A DNA stretch of 63,750 nt, counting the filler, from Octopus bimaculoides (Eukaryota), in the NCBI RefSeq assembly GCF_001194135.2. It is 7 parts of 6 records of this genome, joined end to end, with 100 filler letters (N's around TTAATTAATTAA, not from the genome) between each part and the next. Parts side by side here need not be neighbours in the genome. Positions count along the whole stretch, not along the records: positions 20,221 to 29,971 come from NW_026391909.1; positions 30,072 to 37,324 come from NC_068983.1; positions 37,425 to 61,957 come from NC_068984.1; 4 more parts are not named here. One strand, written 5' to 3'. The notes under the pieces are model-generated. The model saw nothing but the letters and a program-made list of their open reading frames with translations, ran no database searches and was not told the DNA's origin. Made by a program: the position numbers and the translations under genes. Numbering within the stretch: position 1 is the first letter of the stretch; each line of letters starts with the position of its first letter. Shown in pieces: positions 28,795 through 40,399 of this stretch.

Positions 28795-29029
28795 GTAAAG
28801 GGTAAAAGGGTAAAGACACCCTTCGGTCATGAATGATCATGGTACTGCACCTAGAAAGATACCCTCCGAGGCAGAAGTCCGGGTAAGGTTGTTTATGGAA
28901 GACCAGTTGTCGCCCATGCATACCAGTCTCCTCTCTTCACGCTACCGATGTTATCCAATGGAAAGGAAATGACCACCAGTGACGTAACTCATCTCTACAG
29001 CTGAGTGAACAGGAGCAACGTAAAATAAG

Positions 29030-29030
<1 letters not shown>
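28795..29030 (-). mobile_element. SINE 3' portion (same family as 56438-56654)
   Basis: Alignable to 56438-56654 (CCTTCGGTCATGAATGA.CATGG...GGCAAGGTTGTTT.TGGAAGACCAG). Confidence 0.6.
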
Positions 29031-29106
<76 letters not shown>

Positions 29107-29400
29107 NNNNNNNNNNNNNNNNNNNNNNNNNNNNNNNNNNNNNNNNNNNNNNNNNNNNNNNNNNNNNNNNNNNNNNNNNNNNNNNNNNNNNNNNNNNNNN
29201 NNNNNNNNNNNNNNNNNNNNNNNNNNNNNNNNNNNNNNNNNNNNNNNNNNNNNNNNNNNNNNNNNNNNNNNNNNNNNNNNNNNNNNNNNNNNNNNNNNNN
29301 NNNNNNNNNNNNNNNNNNNNNNNNNNNNNNNNNNNNNNNNNNNNNNNNNNNNNNNNNNNNNNNNNNNNNNNNNNNNNNNNNNNNNNNNNNNNNNNNNNNN

Positions 29401-29450
<50 letters not shown>

Positions 29451-29932
29451 GTGATACGCTTAACTGTGCCAGCGAACAATACCGTTATTAGATATTAAGA
29501 AATATATGTAACATTAGTTATTTGGATATATGGATATATGCATATGCGTAATAAATTATTTCCGACATTAAAATTTGTGCTGTATTTCAGTGCAAAAAGA
29601 AAAAAAGAAAATGTTAAGCACACTCCAATGCATACGCAAAAAGAGATGGTACGGGCTTGTCTTTTACGATAAACTGACAAAAGGAAATTAATAGAAAGCA
29701 AATGAAACTACAGCAATTTTAATTACGTATTGATTTTAATATCTTCAGGTATGGAATGTCTTGTTATCTAGTGTACTTAAATGTACATATTTTAATTTTC
29801 ATATTCTGTTGCAGTATCAGACACTCATTTGGCAAAGTCAATTGATGCAATGAAAAGACTCGAATTTTTGTTATTAGGGGATGCAAGTGCATATGTGTAT
29901 GTCAATATACATATATCTATCTATCTATCTCC

Positions 29933-29971
<39 letters not shown>

Positions 29972-30071
29972 NNNNNNNNNNNNNNNNNNNNNNNNNNNNN
30001 NNNNNNNNNNNNNNNTTAATTAATTAANNNNNNNNNNNNNNNNNNNNNNNNNNNNNNNNNNNNNNNNNNNN

Positions 30072-30242
30072 ATATATACGACAGGCTTCTTTCAGTTTCC
30101 GTCTACCAAATCCACTCACAAGTCTTTGGTTGGCCCGAGGCTATAGTAGAAGACACTTGCCCAAGGTGCCACGCAGTGGGAATGAACCCGGAACCATGTG
30201 GTTGGTAACCAAGCTACTTACCACACAGCCACTCCTGCGCCT
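30072..30242 (-). mobile_element. tRNA-derived SINE family B, well preserved
   Basis: Reverse complement reads AGGCGCAGGAGTGGCTGTGTGGTAAG...CCGGGTTCATTCCCACTGCGTGGCACCTTGGGCAAGTGTC (A and B boxes plus core). Confidence 0.8.
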
Positions 30243-30711
30243 ATATATATATATATATATATATGTAAAATATTGGTTTCAAATTTTGGCACAAGGCCAT
30301 CAGTTTCAGGGGAGGGGGCAAATTGATTACATTGACCCATGATTAACTGGTACCTATTTCATCAACCCTGAAAGGATGAAACTGCTGGCCTGCTTAGCAG
30401 TATTTCATCCATCTTTATGTGCATTATGAGTTCAAATTCCACTGAGGATGACTTTGTCTTTCATTTTTCAGTGTCAATAAACTAAGTACCTCAGCAGAAT
30501 TTGAACTCAGAATGTAAAGATGGATGCAATACCACAAAGCATTTTGCCTGATGTGCAAACAATTCTGCCAGCTTGCCCCTTATATGTTATATAAAATATT
30601 AATATGAAAAGATGGATCGAACAGGCTTCATAACATATCATTACAATTGTTTCAACACATTATTACCAACTACTCATTGCTGAATGTTACATATATTATA
30701 CACAACATTAG

Positions 30712-30935
30712 TGGAGGCACGTTGCTTAGTGATTAGAGTGTTAGATTCATGATTGTAAGATTGTGGTTTTGATTCCTGAAGCAGGCAACATGTGTTCTTG
30801 GGCAAATCACTTCATTTAATTTTATTCCAGTCCTCTCAGCTGGCAAAAATGAGTAATTCTGTGACAGACTGGCATCCCATCCAGGAAACTGGGCCTTATG
30901 AGTCAGTGTGACCCGAGAAGGAAACTTTACCTTTT
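30712..30935 (+). mobile_element. tRNA-derived SINE family C
   Basis: GGAGGCACGTTGCTTAGTGATTAGAGTG...GGTTTTGATTCCTG head; alignable to 49720-49965. Confidence 0.65.
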
Positions 30936-31848
30936 TTTTTTACCACAACTCTGCATTAATATCACTCAACAATAGTCGTATATGCACATCTTCAGGTGAA
31001 TAGAGTCAAAAAACTCTGCTAGGTCAGATTTTGATCCTCCACATTTTTATACCTAGGCGAAAATACTGTTTCCAGTATTCCACAGACAAAGAAATACAAA
31101 GATACACAAATAACAAAAATCAACAAAAATAAATTTAGAGGAATAAGAAGTAAAGAAACATATCCGTACAACTTTGAACCACAAACTTGTCTGAAATTAA
31201 TATCTCGCTGCCAAAAGTAATCTGCTCCCTGGATGCTGAAAGCCTAGATGTTGAGGATGTATATGCTATGCTTCTATCTATACAGCAACGATATAATGCT
31301 TTATTTTTTTTCTACTTGCTCATAGAATTCTTTTTTGCAAAGTCTATTATATGATGAATTGAATTGACCTTGGGTAATTGACTGATTGATACTATAGATA
31401 TGAAGCTGAAAATGAAATTGGTGAATATATGTGGCACCAACAGAAAATACTCAGTTTATTATATTACATATAGAAATTAAATAAGAGGATGAAGCATATT
31501 TCAATCTCCTTTCACACTGAATCTGATAAACTGTATGATTACATTATTTAATAAGAGATCAGCACTGATTAATCAGACCCATCGTCGAAAGTGTTTCATC
31601 TATATTCAGTTCATCATTATTTTTTCCAGTGATAGTGTATCCAGGATGACATTATCCAAAGTTTTTTTTCTTATTTTCTTATTTTTTTGAAAATGATATT
31701 CTTTTACTTTTATTCTTTTACTTGAGGGAGATTTAGCTGTTACCTGTTGCAAGTTGAGCAACTCTGTAGAAGCACTCTTGTTCATGACTATTTCAAACAA
31801 AATCACACATTGAAAAACTCTATATAGAAATAAGTTAATATGTTTTAA

Positions 31849-32067
31849 CCCTTTAGCATTTAAACCAGCCATATGAGGCCAAAATACTGTACTTGTTTTA
31901 TATTCATACCAACTAGATCCAGTCTCTCACACCTAGCCCACAATGTCAGTCTAAAACTCTATAGTCACATCATCAAAATCTCAAAGTTAGAAAATAATGC
32001 CTGATTGATAAAAACAATGTGAATAAATGAGCATTACATTTGATAGAATACTCTGAATGTTAAAGGG
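31849..32067. mobile_element. Complete 219-bp piggyBac-type MITE
   Basis: TTAA|CCCTTTAGCATT ... AATGTTAAAGGG|TTAA; TIRs match 11/12; TTAA TSD at 31845-31848 and 32068-32071. Confidence 0.85.
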
Positions 32068-32273
32068 TTAATCATATCAATAACGTATCAAAAATAGATA
32101 AAGTCTAAAAGCAATGGGATGACTCAGTATTAAAATCAAACTAATAGAAGCTTTGAAAATTATTTATGATAATAAAAATACATAATGAACTACAGTGGTA
32201 TAATGATAGATAAAATTGTATTATTCAGTTAACAGCTGGAATGCATCTAATTTACTTACAAACACACATGTAG

Positions 32274-32442
32274 TAGGTGTGGGTGTAGTTGTGTGGTTAA
32301 AAAAATTTGCTTCACAACCATGTGGTCTTGGGTTCAGTCCTACTGCATTGCATCTTGAGCAAGTGTCGTCTACTATAGCTCCAAGCCAACCACAGCCTCA
32401 AAAGTAGATTTGTTAAACAGAAACTAAAAGAAGCCAGTCATA

Positions 32443-32445
<3 letters not shown>
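32274..32445 (+). mobile_element. tRNA-derived SINE family B
   Basis: GTTGTGTGGTTAA...GGGTTCAGTCC...CTTGAGCAAGTGTC.TCTACTATAGC. Confidence 0.65.
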
Positions 32446-32483
<38 letters not shown>

Positions 32484-32583
32484 NNNNNNNNNNNNNNNNN
32501 NNNNNNNNNNNNNNNNNNNNNNNNNNNNNNNNNNNNNNNNNNNNNNNNNNNNNNNNNNNNNNNNNNNNNNNNNNNNNNNNNNN

Positions 32584-33560
32584 GCAACCACCGCTCTTTT
32601 CACACATTTAGGTTCTATCACAAACAAAACTGCACAAACGATCACGCAACATAATCACACAACCCCCCTCAGGCAACCTATTCACCCTGGCAAAAACATC
32701 CATCTTTCACCATCTTTTGAATAGGATTATTTCCTTTCGATCATCTCACCACACATAAACCACCAAATCTATTTCTTCTATTCTCAAATTCACAAGAACA
32801 CCACCTATGCATACAGACTACGTCACTTCTTTCAATCCCTTTCCACCGTCTATAAATAGGCTTGGCAGCATCCTAAAATATGATACTACTAACTACCTTT
32901 CCCACCCATCCCTTCCCTTTATCTCTGTCCTTGGTTTATCACTCATACCCCCACCACCTATATACTACACACACGCATTCCTTTCTACTCACTAGACCTT
33001 TTAACTTCATCCCCCTATTCCTCCTTCACTCTATATGCCTATCCCCTCTACCCTGTTAAGACCAACTGACCATAAATATATCGCTACCATCCTCCGCCTC
33101 TATCTCTCCTCTATCCCCTTTCACATTCTGTCTTCATGACTTGACCTAATTACCGCTCACTTTTCACTTGACTTGGCCATTCTTCAAGTAAACAAGCAAA
33201 AATCCATCGCAATATGGAATATATATAGATCTGCTATCTATGCTATATCAACTTTCGCTCCATCATAAATTTCCGGATTATCCACACATCGATTACTTTG
33301 CACAGATTTCTACACGGATATTTACCACTGGAATGAAACTACACTTCAAGTACTGTTCTCTATTTTTTCAGCACATCACACTCTTTACTACTTCATACTA
33401 AAAATATCCGCCTTTGGATATAATAATAGATTACTTTATTTTTTCTGTCTCCGATGAAGGGAAGTACTGGATCTTCCCAGAAACAGCTGTATGACTCTAT
33501 CCATAAAATACTTCTCCAACCTTACCTTTGCTCTCTTTATCTTTTTGTTTTTATATATTT
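32584..33560 (+). mobile_element. Probable PLE 3' end / pseudo-LTR remnant
   Basis: C-rich pyrimidine tract, a decayed PLE N-terminus-like peptide YPHIDYFAQISTRIFTTGMKLHFK (within ~33243-33360) and a hammerhead-like motif at 33447-33495. Confidence 0.5.
33447..33495 (+). ncRNA. Minimal type I hammerhead-ribozyme-like motif (PLE type)
   Basis: GTCT-CCGATGA-A-GGGAAG(TACTGGAT)CTTCCC-A-GAAAC-AGCT-GTA-TGAC: core variant CCGAUGA, 6-bp stem II, GAAAC, palindromic ACAGCTGT stem III, GUA triplet, GTC/GAC stem I. Confidence 0.6.
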
Positions 33561-33960
33561 ACATATACACACGCTAATGCACGACTTATAATACCCAATC
33601 CTGTTCATACAACGACTGGGGCAAACTAGTCAGTATACAGCACTTACTCGGTATTACCTGAATCCTCCTGGGTTTGGTTAAATCCAATACCCTCCTCAAC
33701 CTTATATATATATACATACATATACTTGTGTGTGTATTTCTGTGTTAGTGTTTATCCCCCACTACCATGTGACAAGTATTAGTTCATTTATGTCCATGTA
33801 ATTTAGTGGTTCAGCAAAAGAGGCCAATAGATAACTAACGAGCTTAAAAAATAAGTATTGGGACTAATTTGGTTCGACTATGCCTTTCAAAGTGGTGTCC
33901 CAGCATGGCTGTAATCCAACGACTGAAACATGTAAAAGATTAAAAATATATAACAGACAT

Positions 33961-35600
33961 ACAGCCCCCTCCTATTTATCATACTCCTCCAAGCAATAAC
34001 AAAGGAATTCAAGACATGGATACCCTTGGGAGCTCCTCTATGCTGATGACCTTGCTCTAATTGCTGAGTCACTATCAGAACTAGAGGAGAAGTTTCAGGT
34101 GTGGAAGCAAGGATTACAATCGAAGAGCCTTAGAGTCAACCTAGCTAAAACCAAAATCTTAATAAGTAGGAAGGCACACAAAACACAAATCCCTTCAGGT
34201 AGATGACCCTGCTCGATCTATAGAAAAGGCATGGATAGAAACTCTATAAGATGTACCCAGTGTAAGCTATGGACTCATAAGAGATGCAGCAATATCAAAG
34301 GAAGGCTAACTGGGAAGATAGTTTTTGTATGTGGCAGATGCTTAGGAGCAATAAACACTGAAAATGTGCAGAGAACAACTTCTGTCACATTCCAGGAAGA
34401 AAAAGTAGAAGTAGTTGACAGCTTCCGTTACCTAGGAAACCAAGTCAGTAGCAGGTGTGGATGCTCTGAAAGTGTGGCTGCTAGAATAAGAATAGCCTGG
34501 GCAAAGTTCAGAGAGCTCCTACCTCTGCTGGTGACAAAGGGTCTCTCATTCAGAGTAAAAGGTAGACTGTATGACGCATGTGTACAAACAGCCATGCTAC
34601 ATGGCAGTGAAACATGGACAGTGACTGCTGATGACATGTGTTAGCTTGCAAGGAATGAAGCCAGTATGCTCTGCTGGATGTGTAATGTCAGTGTGCATAC
34701 ACGACAGAGTGTAAGGGCCTTGAGAGAAAAGTTGGACCTAAGAAGCATCAGATGTGGTGTGCAAGAGAGATGATTGCACTGGTATGATCATGTGGTGCGA
34801 ATGGATGAGGACAGTTGCGTGAAAAAGTATCACACCCTAGCAGTTGAGGGAACCTGTGGAAGAGGTAGACCCAGGAAGACCTGGGATGAGGTGGTGAAGC
34901 ACAAGCCTTCGAACATTGGGTCTCACTGAGGCAGTGACTAGTGACTGAGACCTTTGGAAATATGCTGCACTTGAGAAGACTCGGTAAGCCAAATGAGACC
35001 ATAACCCATAGCCTATGCCAGCGGTGTAACAAGCCTACCTATGTGTACCTTTCTTTCGTTGGACACTAAACTTTGGTTGCGAAGACCTGTTGAGGCAAGT
35101 GAAATCACAATCAAAATCAAATTCACTGACATAGTCGATGACAGCACCGCCTGAATGGCCAGTGGAACATTAAAGCACCATTTGAGCGTGATCATTGCCA
35201 GGGCCGCTGACTAGCTCCCATGCCAGTGGCACATAAAAAGCACCATTTGAGTGTGATCATTACCAGTGTCGCTTTACTGGCACTTGTGCCAGTGGCACAT
35301 GAAAACAACATTTGAGCAAGGTTGTTGCCACTATTGCTGGACTGGCTCCTCTGCAGGTGGCACATAAAAAACACCATTTGAGCATGGCTATCGCAAGTAC
35401 TGCCTGACTGGCCCTCATGCCAGTGGCACGTAAAAGCACCCACTACACTCTCGGAGTGGTTGGCATTAGGAAGGGCATGCAGCTGTAGAAGCTCTGCCAG
35501 ATTAGATTGGAGCCTGGTGCAGCCATCTGGCTCGCCAGTCCTCAGTCAAACCGTCCAGCCCATGCCAGCATGGAAAGCAGACGTTAAACGATGATGATGA
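33961..35600 (+). mobile_element. 5'-truncated RTE-clade LINE (RT C-terminal half, 3' UTR, microsatellite tail)
   Basis: ELLYADDLAL (YADD at 34039-34050), FRYLGNQV, RIRIAWAKFRELLPLL, GRLYDACVQTAMLHGSETW, RGRPRKTW; several stops; 3' UTR with five ~65-bp repeats and a (GAT)n/(GAG)n tail. Confidence 0.9.
35159..35445 (+). repeat. Degenerate 64-66-bp tandem repeat x5 in the RTE 3' UTR
   Basis: CCAGTGGCACATAAAA.CACCATTTGAG-like units start at 35159, 35223, 35289, 35354 and 35420. Confidence 0.8.
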
Positions 35601-37124
35601 TGAGGAGGAGGAGGAGGATGCACCTACACAGAGGCAATTTAATTTATAAATATTGATCTACCACTTCCTAGGCTTTATTTTCAGATCTACCTTGCACATT
35701 TTGTCATGTATTTGTTAGTACTTTAATTCACCTAACAGGTGTGAACAAGTACCAGATTCAAGGGAGATTTAGCAGCTATTTCTAGCTTGTTGAGCAGCAC
35801 TGTAAAAGCACCCTTGTTTGTGAATGTCACCTGCAATTGATTGTCACCCTATCCATTGGTGGGTAGAGGAGATTTCAATCTCATACATCATAAAACAAAC
35901 AATAAACACCAAGTTTTTATGGTCCCTTTAGGCTTTTGGAGATTTTTTGTTTTATATTTATTTACATGAAGTAAAAACACTGAGAATGAAAACTGACTTT
36001 GTTCATTGAGATTTACCATCAGATAAACAGTGCCAATAGCACTGCTTGCCCAGTATTTAAAACCATCAGAAATATTTTTTCCTTATTTTTACATTAAATT
36101 AATAGCAGAAGGCAAGAACAGAGAAGTGGAATCAAATATTGTTTTAGTAGTTGCTTTTCAAGCAATGAAACAAAAAAGGATCACTGAACCAAAATAAAAA
36201 CAATAATGTAAAACAAAAACAACAAAATACAAGCAAAAAAAAATTGAAAACAAATGCATGAAATGTCTTTGTTGGTCAAATATTTTCCAACAAAGCCTAC
36301 ATCAGTGTATACCATTAGCAAAAGCTGACTTACAGCATTATTTGATGCTCAGCAAAACAAGTTTTTTTCTGAATAACAAAAGCAGTTAAGTGATGTCATA
36401 GCAACTTGTTACAATATCAATTCTTAATCCACGCTCCATCAACATGTTGCCGATGGTTACCAGTATATTCATGAGACTATTGCTTATAAGCGAGTTGTGT
36501 ACATGTACCGATGCATGTGTGTGTGTGTGTGTGTGTAGTTATGTAGATGTAGCCACCATAATTATTATTATATACACTGAAAGATCCATGAATCTATCGT
36601 TTTAGACCCATACTATAACAATCAGCTAGCTGTGAAAAAACACACACAAAAAATAAGAGAAACTCTAAACATATTGCGTGCTGTGACAGAGAAATGGTGT
36701 CAACAGCAAGAATAGAAATGGAATAAATAACATATGCATAAAATAAAACAACAAAATAAACAAAGATCAATGAGGGAGTTAGGTGAGAGATAAAAATGTA
36801 AAAAAAAATACACTGGTGTCAAATTTCTAAAAGGAAATCAATTTCTTCATTGTGGCTATTGTTTCGTTGAAAATAGCTTCATAATGGTTTATTCTCTTTT
36901 ACACTTTTGACCAATCAGCTTCCACCTGCATCTCTTTGAATGTGCTTGTTATACATGTATGTGGTGTAGAGACCGAAAGGCAGCATAATACAGTACTGCA
37001 TCATACAATTATATATATATATATATATATATATGGGAGAATATACAAATAATAACAACAGACGAGGACAGGTGGTGTAAATAACAAAAGTATATATTAG
37101 TATGACGCTCGGGAATACGGAAAG

Positions 37125-37161
37125 TCTTTGACGTTTCGAGCTACGCTCTTCAACAGAAAGA
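37125..37161 (-). ncRNA. Minimal type I hammerhead-ribozyme-like motif
   Basis: - strand: TCTTT-CTGTTGA-A-GAGC(GTA)GCTC-GAAAC-GTC-AAAGA. Perfect 5-bp stem I, 4-bp stem II, GAAAC, canonical GUC triplet; core variant CUGUUGA. Lies in a repeat (~37036-37324) related to 60826-60904. Confidence 0.7.
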
Positions 37162-39536
37162 ATACGGAGACAAGGAGAAAAACACGGAGAAAAAAAATTG
37201 AATAGTGTTCAGTCAACGGTCAATCATAATAATGGCCGATCATAACAATGGCTGACCGGAAGTTAGAAATTCTTATTTCAGGAGAGCTAAGAAAGGGGGA
37301 GATAACAAACGGTGATCGGGAACGNNNNNNNNNNNNNNNNNNNNNNNNNNNNNNNNNNNNNNNNNNNNTTAATTAATTAANNNNNNNNNNNNNNNNNNNN
37401 NNNNNNNNNNNNNNNNNNNNNNNNATATATATATATAATATATATGTATGTATGTTGCTGTTGATGATGTTCATATGTCCAGCCATGCTGTTTGTAGTAT
37501 TTTGTCGCGTGGTAGATTCAAATTTCAGGCGAAAATCACTACAGTGTTGAATAAAATGCTTCTTCAGTCGATGTACCCGGAGATTAGCCAGTTATTCAGC
37601 AAGGTTGATATTTGTGGCTTCAATGTCAAGGATAATATTCATCGTATTCTCAATAAACAGTCCCTCACACCAAAAATGCGACTCGTCGCTGATCGCCATG
37701 ATGTATGTATGTGTATGTATGTATGTATGTATGTATGGATGGATGGATGGATGGATGGATGGATGGATGGTTGGATGGATGGATGGATGTATATATTTAT
37801 GTGTGTAACTATGTGTCTATTTCTCCTCCTACCGCCGTCTGACGACTGATGTTGGTGTGTTTATGTTCCCGGAACTTAGCGGTTCGGCAAAAAGAACCGA
37901 TAGACTAAGTACCAAGCTTACAAAGAATATGTGCTGGGGTCGATTTGTTCGACTAAAAGGCGGTGCTCTAGCATGGCCGCAGTCAAATGACTGAAACAAT
38001 TGAAAGAATAAAAGAACATATATATANNNNNNNNNNNNNNNNNNNNNNNNNNNNNNNNNNNNNNNNNNNNNNNNNNNNNNNNNNNNNNNNNNNNNNNNNN
38101 NNNNNNNNNNNNNNNNNNNNNNNNNNNNNNNNNNNNNNNNNNNNNNNNNNNNNNNNNNNNNNNNNNNNNNNNNNNNNNNNNNNNNNNNNNNNNNNNNNNN
38201 NNNNNNNNNNNNNNNNNNNNNNNNNNNNNNNNNNNNNNNNNNNNNNNNNNNNNNNNNNNNNNNNNNNNNNNNNNNNNNNNNNNNNNNNNNNNNNNNNNNN
38301 NNNNNNNNNNNNNNNNNNNNNNNNNNNNNNNNNNNNNNNNNNNNNNNNNNNNNNNNNNNNNNNNNNNNNNNNNNNNNNNNNNNNNNNNNNNNNNNNNNNN
38401 NNNNNNNNNNNNNNNNNNNNNNNNNNNNNNNNNNNNNNNNNNNNNNNNNNNNNNNNNNNNNNNCCTATAATAGAAAGGTTTATTAGCTACTGCCAATATG
38501 CTTCAGCCATTTTTTGACAAGGAAATAATAATTTTATCACCGCCGCGAATCGTTTGTTTATGTAGTCAGCACTTAATTTTTACGGCTGAATGGACGTCAG
38601 TCATTGGTTGAAATTACAGAAATACGACAACTTTAACATGAAATAACTTGCGATGTACGTTTTTTTGTTAAGAAGACTAAGAGAAAAAGACGTTTTATAT
38701 GACACATTCTACCAGTGTCCCAAGTTTCAAAGTGTTTCGTTAAGAAAATACTGGTGCCCCCGTTTTCAACAAGATCCTATATATATATATATACACGTAT
38801 ACTAGAACGCATACAAACAAGCACACAGTCACAGACGAACATATATGTGTACGTTGCTTAACGTATGTACATAGATCTAGTCATTCTCCGACTCGCAATC
38901 ATAAATACTGTGGAACAAACACACACACACACACACGCACGCACACACACACACACACACACACGCACACACTCACACACACACACACATACACACACAC
39001 ACACGGAAACTTATTCACAATCATACTTCCACACGTCCACTACAACTTTTATTATTCAGCAGATCTATCCAGAATGACTTCTGAAATCCTTTAAGTAGCA
39101 GAGGTACTTTTACTGCTTTTCTTTGTCTTATAAACTATTCTCGAAAATAGTTGCAGAATCAATTAAGGTTTAGTTATGAGATTTTACTGAAAGATTATGG
39201 ATAATTCCAATTGAGGTGTCTCCTTTAATCCACTGTAATTACTGACCATTGTCTTAGATTTAGTTGAGAAATGTAGGAGGTATTTGTATCTACTAACGAA
39301 AAATATAAAGCTGTTCGAGAAGAAGAGATAGAGAAAAAGAGAAAGAGTGAAAATGAAAGTCAGATAGGCAGATACATTGATAGAGGGATACAAAAAGAGA
39401 GGGAGGATTGAATAATAGCAATAGAGGGGAACGGAGGATTAGAAAGGGAAAGAAAGGGACTGGGTGAGAGAGGAACGAGGCTCATTGGTGTGTAATATCG
39501 TTTCTACGGGTCCGAAAGTGTGTGAGCGAGTGAGTG

Positions 39537-39603
<67 letters not shown>

Positions 39604-39856
39604 GCGCGTGCTCACGTGCGCGTATCGCTCTATGTGTACTTCCCTTTTACTTCTATCTATATATCTATTTATCTGTCTGTCTGTCTGTCTATCTGTCTGT
39701 CTGTCTGTCTATCTGTCTGTCTGTCTGTCTATCTGTCTGTCTGTCTGTCGGCATATCTATCTATTCATCTATCTATCTGTTTGTCTGTTTATCTATCTAT
39801 ATGTCTGTCTATCTGTCTATCTGTCTATCTATCTATCTGTCTGTCTGTCTGTCTAT

Positions 39857-40399
39857 GTGGTCAGCGAGACACTGAATGACTACAAAGCGGTAATAGGACC
39901 GAAAATCAACCGAGAAAACTCAGTGGGCTTGCGGCTCGGCACCTGGAGAAGCAAGCCCATGCCGTCCACCAGCGCCTCCGTCGTGGGACGTTGGACCGAC
40001 GGTCCGTTCGAGTTGCTCGGGGTCTGGTTTGGTCCAGACCTCCAAACGGAGAAGAACTGGAACGAGATAACGAGAAGGGTGGCCACTCTAGCCCGGCAAT
40101 GGGCCGAGAGGAAGCTGTCCCTAAAAGGTCGGGCGGAGGTGGCGAACACGTACATCGCTTCCGTCATCTACTACCGCCTGACCGTCATGCCTTGTCATGA
40201 CCCTACTATCACCAAACTAGAACCCATTCTCTTCCGCTTCTTGTGGAAAGGATGCGTTCCGATGGTTAGGCGATCCGTTTGCTACCAACATCCGTTAAAA
40301 AAAGGGCTGGGCATGCCGTGGTTGATGATGCGCAGACACGCGCTGAGACTGCGACATCTCCGGCTCTACGTAGACGACGGTGAACAGGTGTGGTCGCTG
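39857..40399 (+). mobile_element. Tx1/L1-clade non-LTR retrotransposon ORF2 fragment (post-YADD RT thumb region)
   Basis: Stop-free 180-codon GC-rich frame: KINRENSVGL...FELLGVWFG...QWAERKLSLKGRAEVANTYIASVIYYRL...FRFLWKG...PLKKGLGMP, matching the L1/Tx1 LSLxGR, FLW and GGLGxP motifs. Confidence 0.85.
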
